A DNA stretch of 64,000 bases. Source: an uncultured Acidimicrobiaceae bacterium. GTDB lineage: Bacteria; Actinomycetota; Acidimicrobiia; Acidimicrobiales; Bog-793. Numbering within the stretch: position 1 is the stretch's first letter; each line of letters begins with the position of its first letter. The position numbers were made by a program, and so were the translations under genes. The notes beneath the pieces were generated by a model. The model did no database searches and was not told where the DNA came from. It saw nothing but the letters and a program-made list of their open reading frames with translations. Positions 24,866-34,582 of this stretch are shown piece by piece. The DNA is taken from positions 112,928-176,927 of the forward strand of contig CAWDDW010000001.1 in the NCBI GenBank assembly GCA_963801185.1. The letters are read 5' to 3'.

Positions 24866-25776
24866 GCGGCGCAGGTCACAAGTCAGGGCCCCGGGTGGTC
24901 GCGATCGGCGGCGGCCACGGCGCAGCTCAGACCCTTAGGGCACTGAGGCGCTACGCGGGCGACATCACAGCCGTCATCTCCGTGGCTGACGACGGCGGCT
25001 CGAGTGGAAGGTTGCGGGAGGAGCTGGGAATACCCGCGCCCGGGGACCTACGGCGTTGCATCGGCGCGCTCTTGCCGGAGGGGTCGCCGTTCGTAGAGGC
25101 CTTGGAGCATCGCTTCGACTCCGGCGAGCTGGCCGGACATCCTTTCGGCAATTTGCTGATCGTCTCTCTCGCAGCGGCGAAAGGCGACTTCGCAGCAGGG
25201 GTCGCCGAGGCGGCTCGCTTGCTCGGCGCGGTCGGTCGAGTCCTCCCGGCAACTGTCGATCCGGTCGTGCTGAAGGGCTTCGGGGTCGGCGGAGAGGTTT
25301 CCGGCCAGGTGCAGATCAAGCGGCAGGGCGGGATCTCGCGGGTCGAAATCGTCCCGGCTGACGCGTCGCCGCCGCAGGAGGCTCTGGAGGCGCTGTGGGC
25401 GGCGGATCAGATCGTGATCGGCCCGGGCTCGTTGTTCACGAGCGTGCTGGCGGCAGCTGCTGTGCCGGCGTTGCGGGCGGCGATCGCCGAGAGCACGGCG
25501 CAGCGGGTCTACGTCTCGAACCTGCGCGAGCAGCGACCGGAGACCACGGGCTACGACGTGGCTGCCCACGTCCGGGCGCTCGTTGATCACGGCCTCGTGG
25601 TGGATGTTGTCCTCGCAGACGCGTCGGCTCTCAAGATCGGTGAGGTGCCCGGTGAGGTCGTCGTCGAGCTCGCTCATCTGGCAGGCCCCGACCTCGTAGC
25701 CCACGACCCCGAGCTGCTCGCTCGTGCCCTTTCGGCGCTGGCTCTTGCAGGAATGGGCTGCGCTGGGGAAAAGTGA
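24862..25776 (+). CDS. yvcK: YvcK/CuvA family (CofD-like) gluconeogenesis/cell-shape factor
   Basis: VVAIGGGHGAAQTLRAL..ITAVISVADDGGSSGRLR..PGDLRRC. TTGA overlap with rapZ. Confidence 0.85.
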   Translation: MSGAGHKSGPRVVAIGGGHGAAQTLRALRRYAGDITAVISVADDGGSSGRLREELGIPAPGDLRRCIGALLPEGSPFVEALEHRFDSGELAGHPFGNLLIVSLAAAKGDFAAGVAEAARLLGAVGRVLPATVDPVVLKGFGVGGEVSGQVQIKRQGGISRVEIVPADASPPQEALEALWAADQIVIGPGSLFTSVLAAAAVPALRAAIAESTAQRVYVSNLREQRPETTGYDVAAHVRALVDHGLVVDVVLADASALKIGEVPGEVVVELAHLAGPDLVAHDPELLARALSALALAGMGCAGEK

Positions 25777-25842
25777 CGGGGCCAAGGTAACAACCGGGGG
25801 CGTTCCGTCGCGTATCGGGGCGTACGCGAAAGAAGGGTGATA

Positions 25843-26895
25843 ATGGCCGTTCGTATCGGAATCAACGGATTCGGCAGGATCGGGCGCAACTTTCTACGGG
25901 CCCTGCTCGAGCGCGACGCCGATGATGAGCGTGCGGGGACGTCGGCTTCCGAGTCGATCGAGCTCGTGGCCGTCAACGACATCGTGCCGCGCGAGGCGAA
26001 CGCTCACCTCTTGCAGTACGACTCGACACATGGACGCCTCAGGGAGCAGGTCGAATTGACCGAGGCCGGTATTCGGGTCGGCAGGCGGGAAGTCGCCCTC
26101 TTGGCAGAAAAGGACCCGAAGGCGCTGCCGTGGGGCGAGCTCGGGATCGACGTCGTCATCGAGTCGACCGGGCGTTTCACCGCTCGTTCGGCTGCCATGT
26201 CCCATGTCGAGGCGGGCGCGCGTCGCGTCATCATCTCCGCGCCGGCCAAGGATGCAGATGCCACCTTCGTCGTGGGCGTGAACGACGACGAGTTCGAACC
26301 GGACTCTCACGTGATCGTCTCGAACGCCTCGTGCACGACCAACTGCCTCGTTCCGATGGTGAAAGTGCTGGAGGACGCCTTCGGGCTCCGCCAAGGGATC
26401 ATGACGACGGTTCACGCCTACACCAACGATCAGCAGCTACTCGATCTCGGCCGGGACAACCTCCGCCGGGCCCGTGCCGCTGCCGTCAACATCGTGCCCA
26501 CCTCGACCGGCGCCGCCCGGGCGACGAGCCTCGTGCTCGGCCAGATGGCCGGCCGGCTCGACGGCCTGTCACTGAGGGTGCCGGTCGTCGATGGATCGAT
26601 CACCGACCTGACGGCAGTGCTGAGTGACGGCGTGACCGTCGCTGACGTCAACCAGGCCTTCCGCCAGGCAGCGGAGTGTGCGCCGCTTTCCGGCGTGCTC
26701 GTCTACAGCGAGGCACAGATCGTCTCGAGCGACATCATCGGTACGTCGGCCTCTTGCACGTTCGACTCGACCCTCACGATCGCGATACCCATCGACGACG
26801 ACTCGACCCTCGTGAAAGTAATGGGTTGGTACGACAACGAGTGGGGCTATTCCCACCGGCTGATCGACCTGGCCGTGATCATCGGACGGGCGTGA
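25843..26895 (+). CDS. gap: Type I glyceraldehyde-3-phosphate dehydrogenase
   Basis: MAVRIGINGFGRIGRNF, active site SNASCTTNCL, WYDNEWGYS. GAAGGG lies about 7 nt upstream of ATG 25843; the track starts at GTG 25837. Confidence 0.95.
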   Translation: MAVRIGINGFGRIGRNFLRALLERDADDERAGTSASESIELVAVNDIVPREANAHLLQYDSTHGRLREQVELTEAGIRVGRREVALLAEKDPKALPWGELGIDVVIESTGRFTARSAAMSHVEAGARRVIISAPAKDADATFVVGVNDDEFEPDSHVIVSNASCTTNCLVPMVKVLEDAFGLRQGIMTTVHAYTNDQQLLDLGRDNLRRARAAAVNIVPTSTGAARATSLVLGQMAGRLDGLSLRVPVVDGSITDLTAVLSDGVTVADVNQAFRQAAECAPLSGVLVYSEAQIVSSDIIGTSASCTFDSTLTIAIPIDDDSTLVKVMGWYDNEWGYSHRLIDLAVIIGRA

Positions 26896-28115
26896 GCAGC
26901 AAACGACCAGCTGCCGGACCGCTTCCGGTCCTCGAGGATCTCGGTGATGTCGCGCGCAAGCGGGTTCTCGTCCGGCTCGACCTGAACGTCCCGCTGGCGG
27001 AGGGACCCGGCGGCACGCGAGTCGTCTCCGACGACTTCCGGATCAGGGCGGCATTGCCGACTCTGCGCTACCTGCTCGACGGCGGTGCTGTCGTGACTGT
27101 GGCGACGCACGTAGGACGACCGAAGGGGAAGGAGGATCCCCGGTACGCCGTCGCACCTGTGGCAGCGCGGCTGGCAGAATTGGGCGCGGCGGTACCAGTG
27201 ATGGAGAACCTGCGCTTCTCTCCCGGTGAGGAGGGCAATTCGCCGGAACTAGTCGCCGCGCTCGTCAAGGACCAGGACCTTTTCGTGAACGACGCGTTCG
27301 GCGTGATGCACCGGGCCCACGCGTCCGTCGTCGGACCACCGAAGTTCCTGCCGTCGGCGGCCGGCAGGCTCGTGGAGCGCGAGGTGGCGGCGCTCATGCC
27401 GTACCTCGCCGAACCGCCACAGCCCTTCGTCGTCGTCATCGGCGGGGCGAAGGTGGCCGACAAGCTTGGGTTGCTGCGGAGTCTCTCCGAGCGGGCCGAC
27501 CGGGTACTTGTCGGCGGTGGGATGGCGTTTACGTTCTTTCACTCTCTCGGGCACCCGACGGGGGACTCGATCCTCGATCGCAGTGCCCTCGAGGAGTGCC
27601 GCGACCTCATTTCGTCATCCTCGGTGCTAATGCTGCCGGTCGACATCGTCGGCGCCGCGCCCGGGCTCGAGCTCGCCCCGCGAGAGGTGAGCGGTGCGGA
27701 CGCTGTGGTCGATTCCCGCTCGGACGAGATCAAGGTGTTCGGTCAGGGCCTTCCAGACGGTTGGAGGGGCCTCGACATCGGGCCCGCCACTGCTGAGCTC
27801 TTCCGGGAGGTGATCGTCGCGGCGGGCGCAGTCATCTGGAACGGCCCTGTCGGGGTGTTCGAAGACCCGCGATTCGCCCGGGGGACGTTCGATGTCGCCT
27901 CGGCGGTCGCGGCTGCGCCGGGCATGACGCTCGTCGGGGGCGGCGACACGGTGGCGGCGCTCGATCGTTTCGGGCTCGAGGACCGCGTCGACCACATCTC
28001 GACCGGTGGTGGGGCCGCGCTCGAGCTGCTCGAGCACGGTGACCTTCCCGGACTGGCCGCGCTTCGCGACTCAGCTCGTGAGCGGGCCGGCGGCGGCTCG
28101 GGGTCGTCGCCGTGA
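26892..28115 (+). CDS. pgk: Phosphoglycerate kinase
   Basis: RVLVRLDLNVPL, HVGRPKG, NLRF, FVNDAFG, GGGMAFTF, WNGPVGVFE, GGGDT. GTG 26892 overlaps the gap stop (GTGA). The upstream part of track ORF 26676..28115 is out-of-frame gap sequence. Confidence 0.95.
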   Translation: MSSKRPAAGPLPVLEDLGDVARKRVLVRLDLNVPLAEGPGGTRVVSDDFRIRAALPTLRYLLDGGAVVTVATHVGRPKGKEDPRYAVAPVAARLAELGAAVPVMENLRFSPGEEGNSPELVAALVKDQDLFVNDAFGVMHRAHASVVGPPKFLPSAAGRLVEREVAALMPYLAEPPQPFVVVIGGAKVADKLGLLRSLSERADRVLVGGGMAFTFFHSLGHPTGDSILDRSALEECRDLISSSSVLMLPVDIVGAAPGLELAPREVSGADAVVDSRSDEIKVFGQGLPDGWRGLDIGPATAELFREVIVAAGAVIWNGPVGVFEDPRFARGTFDVASAVAAAPGMTLVGGGDTVAALDRFGLEDRVDHISTGGGAALELLEHGDLPGLAALRDSARERAGGGSGSSP

Positions 28116-28885
28116 GTGACCGGGAGCTGTTGATTAGCGGCAACTGGAAGATGAACCACACCCACTTCGAGGCCATCCAGTTCGTTCAGACTCTCGCCGC
28201 CCTGCTGCGAGCCAGACCCCTGAGGGCAGGCAGGATGCTGTCGGTGCACCCTTCCTTCCCGGCGCTCCGATCAGTGCAAACGGCGCTCGAGTCCGACGGC
28301 GTCCCGGTGGCGCTCGGTGCCCAGAACTGCCACGACGCGGAGAATGGCGCGTTTACCGGGGAAGTGAGCGCCGAGATGCTGGCAAAGCTCAACGTTTCCT
28401 ATGTGATAGTCGGTCACTCCGAGCGGCGGCAGCTCTTCGGCGAGACCGACGAAGCTGTCCGTGCCAAGGTCGACGCGGTGTTCCGCCATGCGATGATCCC
28501 GATCCTCTGTGTCGGCGAGACCCTCGCCGAGCGCGAGGCCGGCAATGCGCAATCGAAGGTCTCGATGCAGCTCGAGGCGTCGTTGAAGGGGCGATCACGA
28601 GCTGCGGTTGCCGAGCTCGTCGTCGCCTACGAGCCGATCTGGGCGATCGGGACCGGCAAGACGGCTTCGAGCGGAGACGCGGAGGAGATGGCCGCCTACA
28701 TCCGCACTGAGATATCGCATTTGGCCGGAGAGGAAGCCGCTGGCGCCGTGCGGGTGCAGTACGGCGGTTCGGTGAACCCCGAGAATGCCGGGGAGCTGAT
28801 GCGGTGTGCGGACGTCGACGGGCTCCTGGTCGGCGGGGCAAGCCTCAAGGCCGAGAGCCTCTTCGAGATCGCCCAGGCGCGCTGA
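28112..28885 (+). CDS. tpiA: Triose-phosphate isomerase
   Basis: LISGNWKMN, VIVGHSERR, VVAYEPIWAIGTGKTAS, YGGSVNPEN. GTGA overlap with pgk. Confidence 0.95.
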   Translation: MSDRELLISGNWKMNHTHFEAIQFVQTLAALLRARPLRAGRMLSVHPSFPALRSVQTALESDGVPVALGAQNCHDAENGAFTGEVSAEMLAKLNVSYVIVGHSERRQLFGETDEAVRAKVDAVFRHAMIPILCVGETLAEREAGNAQSKVSMQLEASLKGRSRAAVAELVVAYEPIWAIGTGKTASSGDAEEMAAYIRTEISHLAGEEAAGAVRVQYGGSVNPENAGELMRCADVDGLLVGGASLKAESLFEIAQAR

Positions 28886-29012
28886 GCGAGTGGCCGCGGC
28901 AAGGGTCGCGCAACGTCGCGACTGATGAGCCGCTTTGTCCCGGTGGTAGCGTCTAAGTCCGCCGAGGAGCGACGTGCTCGCTCTGTTGAATCCCTGAAGG
29001 AGGTCCCTGCCC

Positions 29013-29243
29013 GTGCTTACCGACGCCCTGGTGGTCGTCGACGTCGTCGCTGCTCTCGGGCTGATCGTCCTGATCCTCTTGCACAGCGGACGCGGTGGCG
29101 GTCTATCGGACATGTTCGGTGCCTCGGCGGGCTCGTCTGCGGCGGGATCGACAGTGGCCGAGCGCAACCTCGACCGGATCACGATCACGTTCGTCCTGGT
29201 CTTTGTCTTCGTGACGATCTCGCTCGCGCTGCGGTGGAGTTGA
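29013..29243 (+). CDS. secG: Preprotein translocase subunit SecG
   Basis: 76 aa with two TM segments and the central LHSGRGGGLSDMFG motif. GAAGGAGG lies 9 nt upstream of GTG 29013. Canonical position after tpiA. Confidence 0.85.
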   Translation: MLTDALVVVDVVAALGLIVLILLHSGRGGGLSDMFGASAGSSAAGSTVAERNLDRITITFVLVFVFVTISLALRWS

Positions 29244-31154
29244 GGCGGGGCATACCCGCTCGCTTCTCGCTCGCCCCGCTCTGCGTAGCGCTGGCAGCGG
29301 CTTTAGCCGTTGCGGGCTGCAGCGCTCCCGGCGGCAGTCCCGGCTCGGTGACCCAACCGACGTTGCCGGGGGGTGACCTCCTCGACACCAATGGGAGCGT
29401 CACCATCGGTGTGAGGTCGCTCCCGACGAACTTCAACCCGTCGACGCCGGCGGGCGACAATCGCATCACCCAGATGGTGATGGAGCAGGTGTGGCCGCAG
29501 CCGTTCGTGACCGACCCCAGCTTCACCGTCGAGACCTCCGGGTTGCTCGAGAGTGCCGAGGTGCAGAGCGTCTCGCCTCTGACGGTCGTCTACGTCATCA
29601 ACGCCGACGCCGTGTGGTCGGACGGGGTCCCGATCGGCGCCGCCGACTTCATCTATGCCTGGCACGAGCATCTGTCGGAGTCTGCCGCGTTGCCCGACTC
29701 CGGGTTGGTCGCCGGGTACCGCGACATAGCGTCCGTGGTGGGTTCCGACGGTGGCCGAACGGTCACGGTCACCTTCAGCCGGCCGTTCTCGCAGTGGCAG
29801 TCGCTGTTCGCCAACCTCGTGCCTGCTCACATCGCCGCGCGCTACGGCTGGTCCGCCGGGTTCGCACGCTTCTCCCGCGCACGCTTGATCTCGGGAGGTC
29901 CGTTCGAAGTGACCTCGTACTCGCCGGGACGCGAGCTTGTCTTGAGCAGGAACCCCCGGTACTGGGGCACCCCGGCCCATGTCGCTCACATCCGTTTCGT
30001 GGTCGAGCGCTCGGAGAGGGCTCTTGTCGCCGGGCTCCAGTCCGGCGCCCTCTCGGTCGCCGAGGTCAACGCGTCACAACCGCAGCTCGATGCGCTGGGC
30101 AACGCTGCGCTCGGGAGCACGAGCGGTGACTCTGTGCGAACCGATGGTCAACCCGAGCGGAGCTGCACATCCAGGACTCGCGTGGTCGGGCGCAACGTCG
30201 AGCGAGATCTGGCAGCTCTGCTTCAACTTCGAGGATCCGCTGACCTCGGAGATCGCGGTACGCCGCGGGATCGAGCACGGTCTTGACCGGAGCGAGATCG
30301 TGGCGGACTCAGAGGACTTGGTCCACCCTCGGATCCGTGTAGCGATCTCGCGCCTGACGCTCGCCGGAGAGAGCACGAGCCCGAGCTCGTCCGGTACCAG
30401 TCCCGTGATCCAGCAGGCTCCGGTGCTGTACGAACCGGCAGTCGCGCGGCATTTCTTCCGTTCCGCCGGCTACATGCCGGGGGAGGGGGGGTACCTTCGT
30501 CTGGACGGCATCGGTGGCCCGCTCACGGTCAGCCTGCTCGAGCCGAGCAACGACTGGCCCGTCGACCAGGCTGGTCAGGTGATCCAGGCGCAACTTCGGT
30601 CCATCGGCCTTACGGTTCGTATCCAGAAGCGCCCGCTAAGGAAGATGCTGTCGCGGCTGCTTCCCCGCGGCTCTTATCAACTCGCCTTGGCGCCGTTCGA
30701 GGTCTCGCCGACCGAGGCGACGGTGGCGCCGGAGTACAGCGATCCCGTGCTGCCGCCGCGGACCCCGTCCTCGGGTGCTCTCCGCTCGGGGCACCAGCGA
30801 TGGACTACAAAGGTGGAGCTCGGGACGGATCCTGGAGCGGTCGCAGCCGGCGCGGTGACTCGTGACATCTCCGGCGTGGAGGATCACGGCATCAACCGCC
30901 GCTTTGCACAGGCGCTGGGCGAGCTGAATCCTCCGGCTGCCACCACATATCTGCAAAAGGCCGAGGCAGTGATGTGGAATCAGGTCGTTACGATCCCGTT
31001 GTTCCAGCCTGGTTTCGACCTGGTCCGCTCAGTGCGCATCGACAACGTCAGCGAGAGCCCGACGTGGGCGGGCCTGATGTGGGACGCGGAGGATTGGGCG
31101 ATCTTGAAGCATCCCCCGAAGACGACGCCCTCAACGGCTCCTGGTGCGGGCTGA
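29234..31154 (+). pseudogene. ABC-transporter solute-binding lipoprotein (family 5, peptide/nickel type), frame-broken; no adjacent permease or ATPase genes
   Basis: Lipobox LAVAGC after VELRRGIPARFSLAPLCVALAAA. The N-terminal two-thirds are in the frame of ORF 28925..30286. The remainder (IWQLCFNFEDPLTSEIAVRRGIEHGLDRSEIV...) is in the frame of ORF 29979..31154. The join needs a +1 shift, most plausibly around 30100-30170. Confidence 0.7.
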
Positions 31155-31311
31155 CACCTCCCCGGGGCCTGGCGCAGGGGGGCGACCGGCGCTCGATCGC
31201 GCGTCCTTGCCTCGAGATGGAGGCGCGGGGGTGCGATTCGATGAGCGCAAGGGTGGCTGAGCGCTAAGGTACAAGGGCTCTGAGGGTCGAGGCCCTCGTG
31301 GTACCACTCAT

Positions 31312-31395
31312 GTCGGAGTGGCGGAATAGGCAGACGCGCTAGGTTGAGGGCCTAGTCCGGGCAACCGGGTGGGGGTTCAAGTCCCCCCTCCGACA
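31312..31395 (+). tRNA. tRNA-Leu (anticodon GAG)
   Basis: Hand-folded cloverleaf. Acceptor GTCGGAG/CTCCGAC plus discriminator A. D arm GCG-GAATAGGCAGA-CGC. Anticodon arm CTAGG-TTGAGGG-CCTAG. Long variable arm CCGG-GCAA-CCGG. T arm GGGGG-TTCAAGT-CCCCC. No encoded CCA. Confidence 0.9.
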
Positions 31396-31616
31396 CGATT
31401 TGGGACACGCGCCAGGTCGGCGGTTACCCGCACCTGGTGAGTGCGGTCGTCGTAGGTCAGCCGTAGCCCAAGCGCTGCGTACGCTGCGGATCTCTCCTCC
31501 GGTGTGGCTTCCTGGAGGATGCTGCTGATCCCGCCAAGCTCCTCGACCAGAGCGGCGATCTCGCCCGGCGTGAGCGTGGAGGGGGCAACCGTCGCAGCCA
31601 CTCGGGCTTTGCGCAT
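31377..31616 (-). pseudogene. C-terminal remnant of a recombinase (resembles tails of actinobacterial serine-recombinase-family proteins)
   Basis: 79-aa ORF LTPGEIAALVEELGGISSILQEATPEERSAAYAALGLRLTYDDRTHQVRV. There is no catalytic N-terminal part upstream. The stop codon lies inside the tRNA T-arm. Confidence 0.35.
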
Positions 31617-31619
31617 CTC

Positions 31620-32003
31620 GTGATGCGCTCCGCAGCTCCACGTTCGGGTTACTCCCTGCCGTCGCTCCGCGAGCGGATTTACGACGTCGATGGACGACTC
31701 GGCTTCCTCGTGTACACGACTGTCGGCGACATCGAGGGCACCATGGGCGGACTGGCTGCGCTTGGCCGACCTGGGCAGCTTGAGCCACTACTGGCGAGCG
31801 CGGTGAGCCTTGCCGATTGGTGCACCATAGATCCGGTCTGCATCGAGGCTGGGACTCCGCTCGCGCTCCCGGCTACCACCGCACCGGGGGCATGTCACCA
31901 CTGCCTGCTACTGCCCGAGACGTCCTGCGAACTGCGGAACCGAGGGTTGGATCGGGCCGTCGTTGTCGGAGCCCCTGAAGATCGATGTGGATTCTCCGAC
32001 TGA
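31620..32003 (+). pseudogene. C-terminal fragment of a DUF1998-like (Cys-rich Zn-binding, DrmB/MrfA-associated type) protein
   Basis: GFLVYTTVGDIEGTMGGLAAL...WCTIDPVC...GACHHCLLLPETSCELRNRGLDRAVV matches my memory of the C-terminal module of these helicase-associated defence proteins. The N-terminal several hundred residues are missing. Confidence 0.4.
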
Positions 32004-32214
32004 CGGGCACCTGCTACCGGCATCGTGAGGAACCGGCCCGTCAGAGAGGTTCAGCGCGAGAACGATCAACCCCATCGCGCCGAGCTTTCGCATCGTGGTC
32101 ATGATCCCATGAAGCGTTGTGGCCGGGCTCTCCGTACGACGACCAGCAGGGAACGGCGCGGCCGCGGCATCATTGCCACTGTGATCGCCGCACTTAGGGG
32201 TAGGTAGCGCCGTC

Positions 32215-34497
32215 GTGAGACTTGTCAGGCTGGAGACGGGAGCCTATGGGCCGCTGGCTCCGGCCACATTGCCGATGGACGGCCTGGTCGTGCTGTTCGG
32301 CGCGAACTCCGCGGGCAAGACCTTCGCTCTTGAACAGGTTGCTGACCTGATGGTCAACAGGTCGGGGCGGTGGGACGAATCGACCGAGGACCCTCACACA
32401 CCAACGGGAGCGCTGTACTTTCAGCTTGAGCACGTAGACGTGCCCGGCCACCCCGAAGCCGACCTTTATCACCAGCTGCTGACCCACCGGCAGTTCCGCG
32501 TCTCAACCGAGTCTGCCGGTCCGCCTCTTGAGCTGGATGAGGTTTGGCTCAGAGACATGGACACCAGGGAGGCGCTGACGGCGATCTTCGAGGCGTTAAT
32601 GCTCACGGGTCTTGTTGGCGAGATCGACGACGAGCGGATCAGCTTTGCCGAGTACTGCGTGCAGAGCACGCTCTTGCGATTCGACGGCTCCGAGGTGTGC
32701 TTGGCGGTTCCGCGACCCGGAGATGACGGGCTACTGCGCGCTATGGACAACCTCGCTGACTCCGGTGCTCTCGACGACCTGCTCGCGGACCTGGCTCGTA
32801 CGCTCCAGACGCAGGCCTGCGCCCCGCTGAAACAGATCGGCCAGCTGGTGGACCCCGCGAGGTTTTTCGCCGGGCTGCTGCGGGTCGTGTGGCTTGATCT
32901 CAATGTTGATTCGATCTATCCGGACGTCTGCCGCTACCTGGTCCAGATTCACAACCGGCTGTGGATCATCCGGAGGCAGCCTGGATTCCTGAGGCCTGTG
33001 TCACAGCTATTTCAGCCCCGAGGTTGGTTCCAACAAGCACCTCGCCCTCGCTCAGGTCCTTTCGAGATGGACCTGGATGAAGACTGGGGCATGGATGAAA
33101 TCGTGGGCGGTGACGATTGGATCGGGCTTCCCAGCTCCGTCCCGATCGTCGAACTGGTGCTCGGGGTCGATCATGACGTGTTGGTAGGCGGTGAATCATG
33201 GTTGGAGCAACGCCAATTCGGCGAAGAAGCGCAGGCAGTCCTCAACGAGTGGTTCCGCGTAAAGCCGCGCGTCGTCGACGTTGCCAGACGGATCAGCGAA
33301 CGGGCCACGGAGTTACTGCCGTCCTTCGTAGACGGACGCATTGACGTTGAGGTGCTTCCGCCTCACCTCTGGGTCGATCACCCGACTCGGGTGCGGATCA
33401 CACTCGACTCGGGAGGCAGAGAAGCCGATCTTGGCGTGATCGGCTCGGGCGTTGCGCGCTGGGTCGTGGCAGCAATCCGGATGGCGTGCCACGAACTCGC
33501 AAACGCCGACGTCGAGGTACTCAATCCAACGACGGGGAACCCAGTCGAGGACTATGACCGGGCACACGAGATCGTCAACGCCGCCCAAGCAGACCCGCTG
33601 GATGCCGAAGTAGTGAGGCTGAAGCCGAGTTGGCAACCCCCGCTCATCTTCATCGACGAGCCGGAGGCACACCTGCACCCTGCCGCGTTGAGATCGGTGG
33701 CTAGCTGGCTGTTGGACCAAGCCAAGCTCGGGACTGTAATGGTTGCGACCCACCATCCGACCCTGCTGAATGCGGTCCGCAGTCGCTCTCACGTTGTGCT
33801 CGTGAGTCGCCCAGCGACTGGCCAGTCGCGTCTCAGGGAAGTGACCGAAAGCCTGCACCTTGCGCTTCGAGGCGTCGCCCTCGAAACCGGGCTTTCGGCG
33901 GCAGACCTTCTACTGCTTACTCGTCTCGTTCTCTTCGTCGAGGGGCCGGGCGACGAGATGCTCCTGAACGGCATGTTCGGTGATGAACTGGACGAGGCTG
34001 GGGTGCTGATCATCCCGATCTTCGGGACGCACAATGCGGAGGCACTAGTTGACTCCCGGATCGTTAACGAGCTGGGACTTCCGATGGCCATCCTCACCGA
34101 CGACACGAGTCCGTCAAGGGTTGCATCGAATCGACCCGAGAGTCCCGAAGAGGAGGCGGTGCTGCGTCTGATCCGAGAGCTACGCCAGATTGGCGCACAT
34201 GCCGAAGTCTTCGGTCACTCCAAACGCGACATAGTCGGTCATCTCAACGAAGACGTCTGTCGCCAGCGCGCTCGCGACTTCCCCGGCTGGGAGACAGCGG
34301 CAAGAGAATGGCGGGCTGCGGGTCGGCTCGGCGACTTCAAGCGGTGGGTCGGCGACCGCTACGGACTTCGTCTCGACCGGTGGAGCATCTTCGAGTTGGC
34401 GAGGGACTGTGCCCTCCAGAACAAGCGGTCGAATTCGCTGCACCAGCGGGTGCGCGCTATCACTGCATACGCCGCGAAGGATTCGGCGCCGACGTAG
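32215..34497 (+). CDS. OLD-family ABC-type ATPase fused to a TOPRIM nuclease domain (defence-type nuclease)
   Basis: 760 aa. Walker A LFGANSAGKTF, signature-like VIGSGVARWV, Walker B LIFIDEPEAHLHP, H-loop VATHHPTLL. TOPRIM elements LVLFVEGPGDEMLL and MAILTDDTS. Confidence 0.7.
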   Translation: MRLVRLETGAYGPLAPATLPMDGLVVLFGANSAGKTFALEQVADLMVNRSGRWDESTEDPHTPTGALYFQLEHVDVPGHPEADLYHQLLTHRQFRVSTESAGPPLELDEVWLRDMDTREALTAIFEALMLTGLVGEIDDERISFAEYCVQSTLLRFDGSEVCLAVPRPGDDGLLRAMDNLADSGALDDLLADLARTLQTQACAPLKQIGQLVDPARFFAGLLRVVWLDLNVDSIYPDVCRYLVQIHNRLWIIRRQPGFLRPVSQLFQPRGWFQQAPRPRSGPFEMDLDEDWGMDEIVGGDDWIGLPSSVPIVELVLGVDHDVLVGGESWLEQRQFGEEAQAVLNEWFRVKPRVVDVARRISERATELLPSFVDGRIDVEVLPPHLWVDHPTRVRITLDSGGREADLGVIGSGVARWVVAAIRMACHELANADVEVLNPTTGNPVEDYDRAHEIVNAAQADPLDAEVVRLKPSWQPPLIFIDEPEAHLHPAALRSVASWLLDQAKLGTVMVATHHPTLLNAVRSRSHVVLVSRPATGQSRLREVTESLHLALRGVALETGLSAADLLLLTRLVLFVEGPGDEMLLNGMFGDELDEAGVLIIPIFGTHNAEALVDSRIVNELGLPMAILTDDTSPSRVASNRPESPEEEAVLRLIRELRQIGAHAEVFGHSKRDIVGHLNEDVCRQRARDFPGWETAAREWRAAGRLGDFKRWVGDRYGLRLDRWSIFELARDCALQNKRSNSLHQRVRAITAYAAKDSAPT

Positions 34498-34582
34498 CGA
34501 CCCCCTCGTCCGTTCAGGGACTTGCGGCGCAAGCTGGCAACACGGGCGCCTCTCATGGCCGGACATTGATGCCGAGCGCGCC

